Part shown: positions 34,347 to 45,495 of the stretch, piece by piece
How positions within the stretch are numbered: position 1 is the first letter of the stretch
Layout of the letters: each line of letters begins with the position of its first letter
NCBI GenBank assembly: GCA_001600695.1
Contig: BCKQ01000003.1
Coordinates: 1,704,392 to 1,768,391 of the forward strand
Source: Ascoidea asiatica JCM 7603
Taxonomy: Eukaryota; Fungi; Ascomycota
DNA length: 64,000 nucleotides
Direction: 5' to 3'
The notes under the pieces: model-generated
Told to the model about the DNA's origin: nothing
Databases searched by the model: none
Seen by the model: the letters and a program-made list of their open reading frames with translations, nothing else
Made by a program: the position numbers and the translations under genes

Positions 34347-36419
34347 TCTTATTTAAATATTTTACATAAAAAATCAAAATCAAAAGAATTTAAATTAATT
34401 TCAAAACCAATTTTAGAATTAATTCCAGAAAATAAAAAATTTCATAATTATTTAAAAAAATTTAAAAATAGAGTACTTTATGCAAATATTGTTAATGATG
34501 GTATTGTACCTTTAAATACTTCTGCTTTATTATATCTTGATTATAAAGAAATGAAAAATATTGATAATATTAAAAAAAATCAAGAAATTGAAAATGATCA
34601 AAAATTTCATGAATTTAAAGAGAATAAAAAAAAAAATTTCTTAAATCAATCTCTGTCACATCCAACTTTAACAAAATTCAATAAAAATAATCCAGTTGTT
34701 GGTGTTATACCTCCAGAAAAACAAGAAAATTCAATTTTTTATTTAAATTCAAAATTAAATGATATAAATAAAAATAAATCTTTATCAAATTTAAAGTCAA
34801 ATATTAATATATCACCAAATTCATCTCCACCATTAAGTCCAAAAAAACTTACATGTTTAAAACTTCATAAAATGGATAATAAAAATAAAAAATCATTATC
34901 ATCATTACCTCCATTAAATGTTCAAAGATCTCAAAGTGAATCAATAATTTATAATAAAAATTTAAATAATGAAAATTCAATTTTGAATTCTAGACCAAAT
35001 TTATCAAAAAGACGTATGAGTTCAATAACAGGATTAAAATTTAATTTATCAAATTTAAATAATGATAAAGAATTACCTCATTATTTTGATTTCAGTAAAA
35101 AATTAACAGAAAGAAAAGAAAAAAAAATATTAAAATTAACAACATTATCAAATTCAGAATCTTCAACACCTCATTCTGGTACACCATATTCAACAGCTTT
35201 AAGATCTATTCAAAATGGATTCAATTTTAATATAAATGATGTAAGTGATGATAATATCAATAATAATACTAGTTCTTCAAATAATCTGATATCCAATAGT
35301 AATAATAATAATAGAAAAGGAAGTATTATTCCAAGTTCTGGAGAAGTTTTTATTCCTAAGAAATCATCTACAATTTATTCATTTATAAATATTTTATTAT
35401 CACCTGAACCAACTAAAGATTTTTTTGAAAAATATTTTCATTCGCATTTTGATAATAATAATAATAATAACTATAGTAATGATGATAGTGATAATAATAT
35501 AAAAATTTCCGAAGAAGATATTAATGAAGGTGATATTAAAAAAGAACTTAAAATTGGAGTTGAAGGATTACCTTTAGGTATGAAAAGTGAAGTCATTGTT
35601 CATGATCAAATTTATAAATATGAAGATTTACCTCCACCTGTTTATAATAGAGTTAGTAGACATTTATATAGAAGAAGACATAAAGATAAGAAAAAATTAA
35701 ATGAGAATTGGAATGATAATTTAAATGAAAAGTCAATAAAAGCTATAAATCCAATTAAAAATATTGAAAATGATAATGGAAATAGAAATGGAAATGAAGA
35801 AATTGATAATCATTTTCAATTAAGTCCAATTCTGGAAGTTTCTAGTAGACTGGAACATGCAAATCATAGAAATACAGTATCTATAACTCAAAGATTGGAA
35901 GAAGATAAAAGTGGAAGTGAAGATGGAAATGGAAATGAAAGTTTAAATGAAAATGGAGCTGGAATAAATGATGAAATAAAGGATAATCATCTTCAAGCGA
36001 AATTAAGTAATTTAGATGGAAGATCAAATATAAGTAGTATTTCGGTAAATTCAACAAATGGAATCAATTCAACATATTCAAATTCAGGTATATTTAGTTT
36101 TGATTCATTATTTAATCCAGAAAGTAAAAATTCAAATCTGGATAATGAATCTAAAATTTCCAAAGATTTAATTGAAATTAAAGATGATCCATTTTGTTAT
36201 AAATTGAAAAAAAGTAAAAGAATAAAAAATATGATAAAACTGAATAAAAAAGATGGTATAGAAGAAAAAATTGCAAGACTTTATCAATATGATGTAACTT
36301 GGAGAAAAGTTTTAGTTAATTTAAAACCAGATGCTCATAATAATATTGTTGTAAGAAGAAGATTTGTAAATTCATATGGATGGGAAGTAATTGATCATCT
36401 TGTTAATTCATTTTTTTAA
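32991..36419 (+). CDS. ROG1: DUF676 lipase / serine esterase, Rog1/YDL109C-like
   Basis: HLIILTHG, nucleophile GHSLGG, NFITLASP, YANIVNDGIVP and WRKVLVNLKPDAHNNIVVRRRFVNSYGW. Confidence 0.75.
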
Positions 36420-37462
36420 TATTTTACCTTTTTTTTTTAATTTTTTTTTCTTTTAGCATCTCTGGCTATAGAATAACTTATATAAACTGTGTAATATAAA
36501 TATCCAACGTCAAACTTCAAATTTCAAATGTCAAGTGTCATTATTATTTATAGTTACTTCACTGTCAATAATAAAATACCAATACCAATATCAATCTCAG
36601 ATTCACAATTTCTTACACCTCTGATAATTTAGATCTCCAAAGCGAGAAAGTTTTAATTGAGCCAGATTAAAAGCTTTAACGAACCACTTCTGGGTCAAAG
36701 TGGTTATTAACAAACACTCTTCTCACTGCTCCACAAACAGCCGCAAGTGTTCGGCAAGGGTTCGACAAGAAGTGGACCAAAGTTTTGTTCTGATGGAGAT
36801 TTTCAAGCGAAGTGCAATAGAATTGTAATAGTAACAATAACAGTAGTAACAGTAGTAGAATTACAGTAGTAGAATTACTGTAGTAGGATTACAGTACTGG
36901 CATTATTGACGCTTTGGAGCTTTCACTTTTCTTCTTCTTCTTTTTCAGCGTTTGACTACCGCCAGACCAGTTCGAACTCGCTTGAAATCCTTGCTTTTCA
37001 GGTGCTTTGATAGCGAATTGAGTTTTTATATATTTCACTTTCTCTTATTTACTTTCTCTTATTCACTTATTTACTTCTTTATTTATTCATTGTTTATTAT
37101 CTCATATTTATTATTCCCTTCAGATATCAATCAATCAATTGTTGTTATATCTTCCAATTAATCTTCCAATCAATCTTCCAATCAATTAATTATCCATTAT
37201 TCAATTGATTAATCTAAATCCATAATCAATTCATCTTTTGATTAATTGATTGATTATTTCTACTACTGTTCATTTACTTTAGTTATTCAACTTTATCATC
37301 TTGAAATTAACTCAAATCAATTTCCATTCTTTATAATTAAAATTTAAATCGATTGAATCTTTTGCAAATTAAAAATTTACATTGATTTGATCGAGTTTAA
37401 TTATTATAATCTCTTAATCATTTAATAATTTTCTTCTCTTTTATCTTAATTTCAAATTTATT

Positions 37463-39871
37463 ATGCCTGAAGTTAATGTTGCAATTCCTATAAAAAATCA
37501 ATTATCTGAAAATTTACAAAAAGAAAATAATTCTTTATTAGATACAAATTCTCTAACTACTTCTTCTTCTTCTTCTTCACAAACAATGTTTGAATTTAAT
37601 AATAATTCTGAAAAAACTAATATGTCTAATATATCTAATGAAACAAATAACACTTCAATAACTTCTGATATTACTTCTTCCAATATTGCTGATAATTCTA
37701 ATTTACGAGAGAAACCAATAATGAATGATAATATTTCTGCCCAAGGTGATTTAGAAGATGCAATTACTGCTGATTTGGATGTTATTAATTCTCTTGAAGC
37801 TATCGATAATCCTGAAATTCAATCACCAAATCAATCATCAACTTCTCCAATAAATAATAATAACAATAATAACAGTAATAACAATAATTATAATAATGAT
37901 GACAATAATGATAATCCCAAATCTGAAAATACTATTCCAGTGAAAAATGAACAACATTATGAATCATCAAGATTACCTAAAAAACCTGCTAATGATCAGC
38001 AACATTCATTACTACCTTCAAGACCTTCTCAACCTCAAGTACCTCAAGGACCTTCACCACACTCTCAATCTTCTCAAAAACCTAATCATCAACCAAAAAT
38101 CCATCCTTCAAGATTAGCGCTTAGGTCTGATCATGAATATAGATCTGAAAGAGATCTTCCTTCTTCATCACATCATGATTCTCGTGGTCCTCCTTTAAGT
38201 GGCCCTCCAAATGGTCCTCAACGTGATCCAAACTCAAGAAATGATAGATTTGATAGAGATAGATTACCTGTTGATAGAGAAAGATTACCTAATGATAGAG
38301 AAAGACCAAGAGGTAGACCTGGTCCACCTGGTCCACCTAGACCTCCTGGTTCAAGAGGTCCTCCTTTACCTCCTCAAACTTTTAATGGTTCAAGTTCAAT
38401 TCCAGAACCAATAAAACGTGAACCTTCTCCACCTGTTGAACCTTTAGAATTAACTCCTCAAGTTCAAGCTAGAATTATAAAACAAGTTGAATTTTATTTT
38501 TCAGATTCAAATTTATTTAGAGATTCTTATTTTATGAATTTAATTCAAAAAGATAAAGAAGGTTTTGTAAGTTTAGATGAAATATCTCATTTTCAAAGAA
38601 TGAAAAGATATAGACCTTTTAAAATTATTCCTGAAGCTTTAAAAAATTCAACTTTTTTAACTGTTTCAAATGATAATTTAAAAATTAAACGTACAATTCC
38701 TTTTATGCCTGCAGAAAATTTAGGTGAACTAATTGATAAACATACACTTTTAATTGATGGTTTACCAATTTCTGTTAGAAATATTCCAAGATTTCAAGAA
38801 GATCTTGAACGTTATTTTTCTCAATTTGGTAAAGTTAATTTAGTTAAATTAAGAAGAGAAAGATTTACAAGAGATTTTTTAGGTAATGTTTATGTTGAAT
38901 ATGCAAAATTACCTGATCTTGAAAAATTATTAAAAATGAATCCACCTCCAACTTTTGCTAAAAAACCTTTAAAAATTATGAAAAGAGATGATTTTCAAAA
39001 AATTTTAGATGCTGAAAGAGAAAAAAGATTTGAAAATTTTAAAAATACTAGAGGTGGTAGAGGCGGTATGAGAGGTGGTCGTGGTGGCCGTGGTGGCGGT
39101 AGAGGTGATTTTAGAGGTTCTTCAAGAGGTGGTCCAAGAGGTAGAGGACGAGGACGAGGTGATTTTAGAGGTGGTTCTTTTAGAGGTGGTCCTTCATCTA
39201 GAGGTGGTGCTCCAACTAGAGGTAGAGATCCATATCGTATTTCAAAACCTGGTGCTAGACCTGGTCCTCCAAAACCTCCAAGTTTTGATAAAGATGATAA
39301 AAGATTTAATGGTGCATTTCCTGGAAGAAATGCTGGTCCTCCTAATGATTTTTCTAATGATAGAAGGCCTCCTCCTTATTCTGGTCCATCAAATGGCTTT
39401 GATCAAAGAAATTCTCGTGGTGCTCCTCCAAATTCCTTTGATAGAAGAATGTCAAATGGTCCTCCACCTCCTCAAGGTCCAGGTTCAATGGGTCAAAGAC
39501 CTCCTCCTCCTCAAAGATCTGGTCCTCCAAGATCAGATTCCAGAGGTCCACCAAGACCAGGAGTTCCACAAGGAAGAGGTCCATCAAGACCACCACCTCC
39601 TCAAGGAAGATCAGGTCCTCCAGGGCTTCAAAGAGGTCCACCTCCTCAAGGAAGACCAGGCCCACCAGGTTTCCAAAGAGGTCCACCCTCAACATATGGT
39701 TCTCAACAGGATGGATACAGAGGTCCTCCACCAAGAACTGGTCCACCAATGCAAGGAAGAAGAGGTCCTCCACCAAGGGGTGCTCCACCTCCAAGAGGTC
39801 CAGTTCCTCAAAGAGGTCCTCCTCCACCAAGAGGTCCACCACAAAGAGGTCCTCCTCAAAGATCAAGATAA
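37463..39871 (+). CDS. LHP1: La-motif + RRM RNA-binding protein with long N-terminal and RGG/Pro-rich C-terminal extensions (probable Lhp1 orthologue)
   Basis: IIKQVEFYFSDSNLFRD...GFVSL..ISHFQRMKRY La motif, followed by an RRM (FLGNVYVEY RNP1). The family call is firm; orthology is inferred. Confidence 0.65.
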   Translation: MPEVNVAIPIKNQLSENLQKENNSLLDTNSLTTSSSSSSQTMFEFNNNSEKTNMSNISNETNNTSITSDITSSNIADNSNLREKPIMNDNISAQGDLEDAITADLDVINSLEAIDNPEIQSPNQSSTSPINNNNNNNSNNNNYNNDDNNDNPKSENTIPVKNEQHYESSRLPKKPANDQQHSLLPSRPSQPQVPQGPSPHSQSSQKPNHQPKIHPSRLALRSDHEYRSERDLPSSSHHDSRGPPLSGPPNGPQRDPNSRNDRFDRDRLPVDRERLPNDRERPRGRPGPPGPPRPPGSRGPPLPPQTFNGSSSIPEPIKREPSPPVEPLELTPQVQARIIKQVEFYFSDSNLFRDSYFMNLIQKDKEGFVSLDEISHFQRMKRYRPFKIIPEALKNSTFLTVSNDNLKIKRTIPFMPAENLGELIDKHTLLIDGLPISVRNIPRFQEDLERYFSQFGKVNLVKLRRERFTRDFLGNVYVEYAKLPDLEKLLKMNPPPTFAKKPLKIMKRDDFQKILDAEREKRFENFKNTRGGRGGMRGGRGGRGGGRGDFRGSSRGGPRGRGRGRGDFRGGSFRGGPSSRGGAPTRGRDPYRISKPGARPGPPKPPSFDKDDKRFNGAFPGRNAGPPNDFSNDRRPPPYSGPSNGFDQRNSRGAPPNSFDRRMSNGPPPPQGPGSMGQRPPPPQRSGPPRSDSRGPPRPGVPQGRGPSRPPPPQGRSGPPGLQRGPPPQGRPGPPGFQRGPPSTYGSQQDGYRGPPPRTGPPMQGRRGPPPRGAPPPRGPVPQRGPPPPRGPPQRGPPQRSR

Positions 39872-40582
39872 TATTATAACAAATTTTTTATCCGATTGTT
39901 TTGCTTGAAATTTTATCATCTACAGAGCTTGTGTAATATAGTCTAAAAATAAAAATTTATTTTCAATTGAATTCGTTTATTTTTTATCTATTATATTTTT
40001 TTTTAAAATCAATTTTATTCTGTGATAGCTTCTCTACAACTTTATTCAATATTTTTGATAATATTTTATTGAATTAAGAATAGTGACTCATTGTATTTAT
40101 TTATTTATAATTTATTTATTTATTTTTTATTTTATTTTCTTATATATTTTTAACTTATCAGATTTTTTTCCAACTGATTTTCAAATATATGATACATTTT
40201 GCATAATTAACTTTGAAATAAGAAATTTTTAATAGTATGTTTTTTTAAAAACTAGTATAATAATATTCAATTTATTAAAACAATTCAATAACATCAATAA
40301 AAGTTTGATGAAATAAATTAAAATAGTAATCATCTGAACTTAAAATTGGCACCGCTTCGTTCCAGTGAAATCTCAACACGACACGATCCAAAAGTATTCC
40401 ACTTTAAATTTCCGTAAATTAGTTAAATATGAATTTCAGCAAAGCTTGCAAAATACTGTAGAGTATGTCATTTAATACTAAAGTGAATAATCAATAAATT
40501 TTCATAAAACTATTCAAAAGTAAAAATTTCTTTATTTCCCTTTGATCTAACCTATAAAATTTCATAAATCAACTTATTCATT

Positions 40583-43500
40583 ATGGGTGCTCAAATGAAG
40601 GGTATGTATGCATTTCACTTTCACAACCTAGTTATATAAGTATTGGTTAAAATCATTTTATCTTTGTCCATAACAAGTAGATATAATGATTTTTTCTCAG
40701 TTAACTAAGATATTATCTATACTAAATAGATTCAAGTTACTAATGGTCTTTTTTTTCCATTTTTTTTAATTTCTATTTAAAATTATAGGGTTGACCCAAT
40801 TTATATCTGATTTAAGAAATGCAAAAGCATTTGATGATCAGGACAAAAGAATTAATAGTGAATTAGTGAATATTAGAAAACAATTTGCTACAACCACATT
40901 AACAGGCTATCAAAGAAAGAAATATGTTTGTAAACTACTTTATATTTATTTAATGGGTCATAAAATTACCTTTGGTTTTATGGAATCTATTCAGCTACTA
41001 GCTTCAAAAATATATTCGGAGAAAGAGATTGGTTATATGGCAATATCTTTGTTTTTAAATAAAGATAATGAATTAATGTCACTTGTAATAAACTCTTTAA
41101 AACAAGATTTGACAGTCGTATCTGATGAATTCAATTGTTTAGCTTTACAATGTATAGCTACTCTAGGAGAAGAAAATTGGGCCGACCTTTTATCTGATGA
41201 TGTATTTCAATTATTAAGAGCACCTACAAATTCATCATTGGTCAGAAAAAAAGCTGCATTGGCCTTATTAAAATTACTTAAAGCTCAACCAAATGTTTTG
41301 ATAAAAAGACAAGCATGGATTCCAAGAATTATAGCTTGCATAGATGATCAAGATCTTGGATTTGCAACTGCAGTAACATCTTTGGTCAGCTTTATTGCTT
41401 TTAAATTTCCTGATTCTGTAAAAATTGCAATTCCAGCTGTAACCAGAAGATTAAAAAAATTAATTGTTGAAAATGAATGCCCAGAGGCATATAGATATTA
41501 TGATATACCAAATCCTTGGATGACAATAAAATTATTAGATTTAGTTAAAACTATAATTGCTGATACATCAATTGCTGATATTGATAGTATATCATTAAAA
41601 ACTTTAAAAGGAATTGTAGCAAAAGCAATTGAAAAAGGAACAAAAAGTTATTCTAGTCAACAATCTATGAATGCTCAATCAGCCATTCTATTTTCAGCTG
41701 TCTCTTTAGCAGCACTTTTAGATCCTTCACCTGAGGCACTCACTGGGGCCATTGAAGCTTTAGGTTCATTAATGAAATCAAAAGAAACAAATACAAGATA
41801 TCTTTCATTAGATGCATTAACCAAAATAACAAGTTCTGGTGGATTCTCTGCACAAAAAGCTGCAAAAGAACATATTGATCTTATTCAAAAATCTTTAAGA
41901 GATAAAGATGTATCTGTACGCCGTAAAGGATTGGACCTAATGTATGCAATATGTGATACTGATAATATTGAGCAAATTGTAAATGAATTGTTAAAAGTCT
42001 TAGCAACTGCTGATTATTCAATGAGACCAGAAATTTCTATAAAAATTGCTGTTCTTGCTGAAAAATTTTCAACTGATGCTCAGTGGTATATGAATACTTG
42101 TCTAAAATTAATATCAATATCTGGAAATCAAGTTCCAGATGAAGTATGGGAAAGGATTGTTCAAATTGTAGTAAATAATGAAACCTTACAACCCTTGGCC
42201 TGTAAATCTTTAATAAGATTTCTTAAGCAACCTTCATGTCCTGATGCTTTAATCAAAATAGGTGCATATATATTAGGTGAATATGGGTATTTGATAGCGG
42301 GAGTTTCTAGTTTTTCAGCAGAGGAGCAATTTCAAGTTTTATTCAACAAATATTACTATGTTAATTTATTAACTAGATCTATGCTTTTGACATGCTTTTT
42401 GAAGATGTTCAAAAATTTTCATGATGCCAATCCTAATTTAAGTAATGAAATAATACAAGTTTTTCAGAACGATTTAGTGAACATTGACAGTGAGATTCAA
42501 CAAAGATCTTTTGAATATTTAACTGTAATACAGATAGGAGAAAAAGATGGAGGCAATTTTCATTTATTACACGTTCTTTGTGATGAAATGCCTCCATTTC
42601 CAGAAAGAGTATCACCATTACTTTCAAGACTTGGAGGAAATCTAGAAACTTTAGAAAAAACAAGAAAAGCTTCTAGAAATATGACTGGAACTTCTACAAG
42701 CAGTAGTAGTATGGGAAGTGTAAATAATTCCAAGGCAAGAAATAGTTCTCTAAGTTCAAATTTATTACCTGTACCTCCTAATCCAAACGAACTAACTCAA
42801 CAACAAACTAGTAATAGTTATTCTAGTACTGGAACTGGAAATTATAGTAATGGTGGGGGTACACCTCAACTAAATCCTTTCAAAGAAGAAGATGAAGCAT
42901 CTTCAGATTCAGGAGATTATGATCTGTCTGAACAAAATAAACTTTTCAAGATGAATAACATAATATTGACTCCAAATTGGGAAGAAGGATATTATCGTAT
43001 TATCAACTTTGGACAGGGAGTCTTCTTTGAAAATTCATTATTCAAAATTATTTACAGGACAATAAAGGATCCCCAGGAGCCAACTACAATTAAAATTATA
43101 CTAACATATGCAAATAAATCACCAATTGAAATTAGATCCTTAACAGCAGAAATAAAGCAAGTTAAATTAACTAATCCATCATTTATAATCCAAACTATAG
43201 AATTACCTGAAAATGAAGTTCAATATAGCTCCAAGACTATTCATAGCTTGAAAGTAACAATAAGAAATCCATTTGAAGATTCTGAATCTCCTTATCTTTT
43301 TATTAATTTTCTATCAGGTGGTTTCACACAACTTAAACTTAGACTACCAATATCATGTATTAATTTCCTCAAACCAACTCAAATTCCAACAGAACAATTT
43401 TTCAGTAGATGGAATCAAATAAGTGTTTTAGGAGAAGAAGGTGAATCTCAAACTGTCTTTAGTACAAAAAAGAAACGTTACAATAATTCTACAATAAAAA

Positions 43501-43733
43501 GAATAATGAATAGATTGGGTTGGCAGGAAGTTGCTGAAGTAGATCAAAACGATATGAATTTCGTTGGTGCTGCTATCTTGCATTCTACAGGAAAAGGAAA
43601 TTTTGGATGCTTGGTTAGATTAGAAAGTGATTATGAGGGTTGGAATTTTAGACTAACAGTTAGGGCAACTAGTCCTGGAGTTGCAAGAATGATTAGTCAT
43701 ACAATGATTTCTCTTCTTGATTTTGGTGCTTAA
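40583..43733 (+). CDS. APL3: AP-2 complex alpha-adaptin, join(40583..40601,40789..43733), 987 aa
   Basis: Spliced start MGAQMKG-LTQFISDLRN; GYQRKKYVCKLLYIYLMG, KIAVLAEKF, EIQQRSFEY and EMPPFPER; C-terminal ear domain. Confidence 0.93.
40602..40788 (+). other. Spliceosomal intron in APL3 (187 nt, phase 1)
   Basis: GTATGT donor, TACTAAT at 40738-40744, pyrimidine tract and TAG acceptor; splicing restores the conserved MKGL start. Confidence 0.92.
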
Positions 43734-44122
43734 AAATAATATATAGAATTAATCGATTATTTTTACATTTACCAACAAGGAATTTGTATGGAAACTTTTT
43801 ATTTCTCATAATTTTCAGGTCAGGAAACAAAAGTTGAAAAAATACACTGCTTAGATGTGTACTTTTTGAAATAAGTCTCTATTTATTAGAGTTAGTGTTT
43901 CTTTCAAATCCTTTTTTGTCCTTTCTATTTCCTTAAAAACAAATTTTCGTTGTTTCTATTCTTTACGACATAAGCTTTTGATTATACAGTTTTGGTGTCA
44001 AAAAAAAAAAAAATCAAAATATCAGAAAATTTTAATTGATAAAAAGAGAAAGTATACTAATTTCTATATATATTGATAAAAAAGGAAAACGATAAAAAAT
44101 GCTGCCAATACCAATGGTTTAA

Positions 44123-44983
44123 TCAAACTCTTGCCATATTTTTAGCAGGACGTTGCCCAAAGATATTGCTTCCAACTCTGACATAATCTGTTCCTTGTTT
44201 TATGGCTTCTTTATAATCACTACTCATACCCATACTTAGTTCTAATTTTTCAGACAATTTTAATTCATCTTCGATCATTTTTTTACAAACCCCTAATTTT
44301 TCAAAATCTTTATTTTCTTCACTTGATTTTGAAGAGAAAATGGAACCAATTGTCATTAAACCCTTCAATCTAAGTTTTGGGCATTCGTTCAAAATAACTT
44401 TTGATAATTCAATAATAGTTTCTTTATTTTGATGATCAATACCTGATTTTTGTTCTTCTTCAGATGTATTAATTTGAATGAAAACATTTATTATAGATGA
44501 GTTTTCAATTTTACTTCTTGATTCGTTTAATTTTTTTGCTTTTTTAATTGTATCTATAGTTTCAACCGAAAATAGGTTTAGAATCTTTGTTGCTAAATCT
44601 TTACACTTATTTGTTTGAAGACCACCAATAAAATGCCATTGAATATCACTTGGCAAAATTTTAGCTTTCTCTATTAATTCTTGAACGTAATTTTCTCCAA
44701 AATGACGAACATTATCATTCTTATATAAAGAGTAAATATCCGAAGCTGGCTTTAATTTTGAAACAGCTACTACGTTAACAGGCTTTGCATGAGAATATTT
44801 TTCAGCTTCTTCGTTGACTTGACTCAAGATATTATTATAATTGTCAGTCAATTCATCCTTTCTTTCGGTTGAAGATTCAGGGTATGAAGACATTTTTCTA
44901 ATATTATTTAAAAATGAAAGACTATATGATTGAATAAAAAGATTTCTTGAATTGATTTTGAAAACTTTTACACAATTAAGCAT
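44123..44983 (-). CDS. Pyridoxal-phosphate homeostasis protein (YggS/PLPBP/YBL036C family)
   Basis: VAVSKLKP, HFGENYVQEL, WHFIGGLQTNK, GLMTIG, LSMGMSSD and VRVGSNIFG; second in-frame ATG at 44893. Confidence 0.95.
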   Translation of the reverse strand: MLNCVKVFKINSRNLFIQSYSLSFLNNIRKMSSYPESSTERKDELTDNYNNILSQVNEEAEKYSHAKPVNVVAVSKLKPASDIYSLYKNDNVRHFGENYVQELIEKAKILPSDIQWHFIGGLQTNKCKDLATKILNLFSVETIDTIKKAKKLNESRSKIENSSIINVFIQINTSEEEQKSGIDHQNKETIIELSKVILNECPKLRLKGLMTIGSIFSSKSSEENKDFEKLGVCKKMIEDELKLSEKLELSMGMSSDYKEAIKQGTDYVRVGSNIFGQRPAKNMARV

Positions 44984-45495
44984 AATACTTTAATCAGAAA
45001 TTAATATAAAACCAAAAATGCTTTCCAGTATGTGATGATGATGGATAAAAATGTTTAAATCCAAGGCTTGTAAAAAGTCCCCAGAAAAGAAGGAAAAAAG
45101 ACAAGCCAAAGATCGGATGCGGCTTTAGTGCGTAAGCGGAGTTAAATGATTACTTAAAGTGGAAATATTTTTGAAGAGCAAGGGAATCAAGTTCAGATTT
45201 GTTACCAATTTCAGTGATAATGAATTTAATATAATTTATTTATTAAAAAGAGAATATATTGAAGGACCCAGGCATGCGAATTTTATACATGTAAAACCAG
45301 AAGATTATAATTGGAAAGAAAATGTCAATACAAAAAAAAAAAGTTTGCCTCATTAATTTCTTCATTGATTTTTTCAATTCTTCAATAGAAATGAAAACAA
45401 AAAAATGAGCCAAACAATAAACAAAGCACAAAAAAATAAAAAAACTATTCAATTAAAAAATAGTTGCTGAAAATAAATTGATAGAGAGAATTAAT

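Noticed and set aside
36740-36980. GTTCGA/GGTTCG motifs suggesting a tRNA T-loop
   Set aside because: No cloverleaf stems or A-box; treated as part of a promoter island.
39075-39908. 277-aa alternative-frame ORF and 170-aa antisense ORF over the La tail
   Set aside because: Expected by-product of repetitive AGA/GGT/CCT/CCA codons that lack stops in other frames; non-ATG start for the + ORF and an unnatural V/L/E/D pattern.
45060-45356. AAAGTCCCC (RNase MRP P4-like), a GGCTTGT/ACAAGCC hairpin and a 65-aa GTG-start ORF
   Set aside because: No matching 3' P4 strand; the ORF has no ATG or recognisable motif; most likely the PLPBP promoter.
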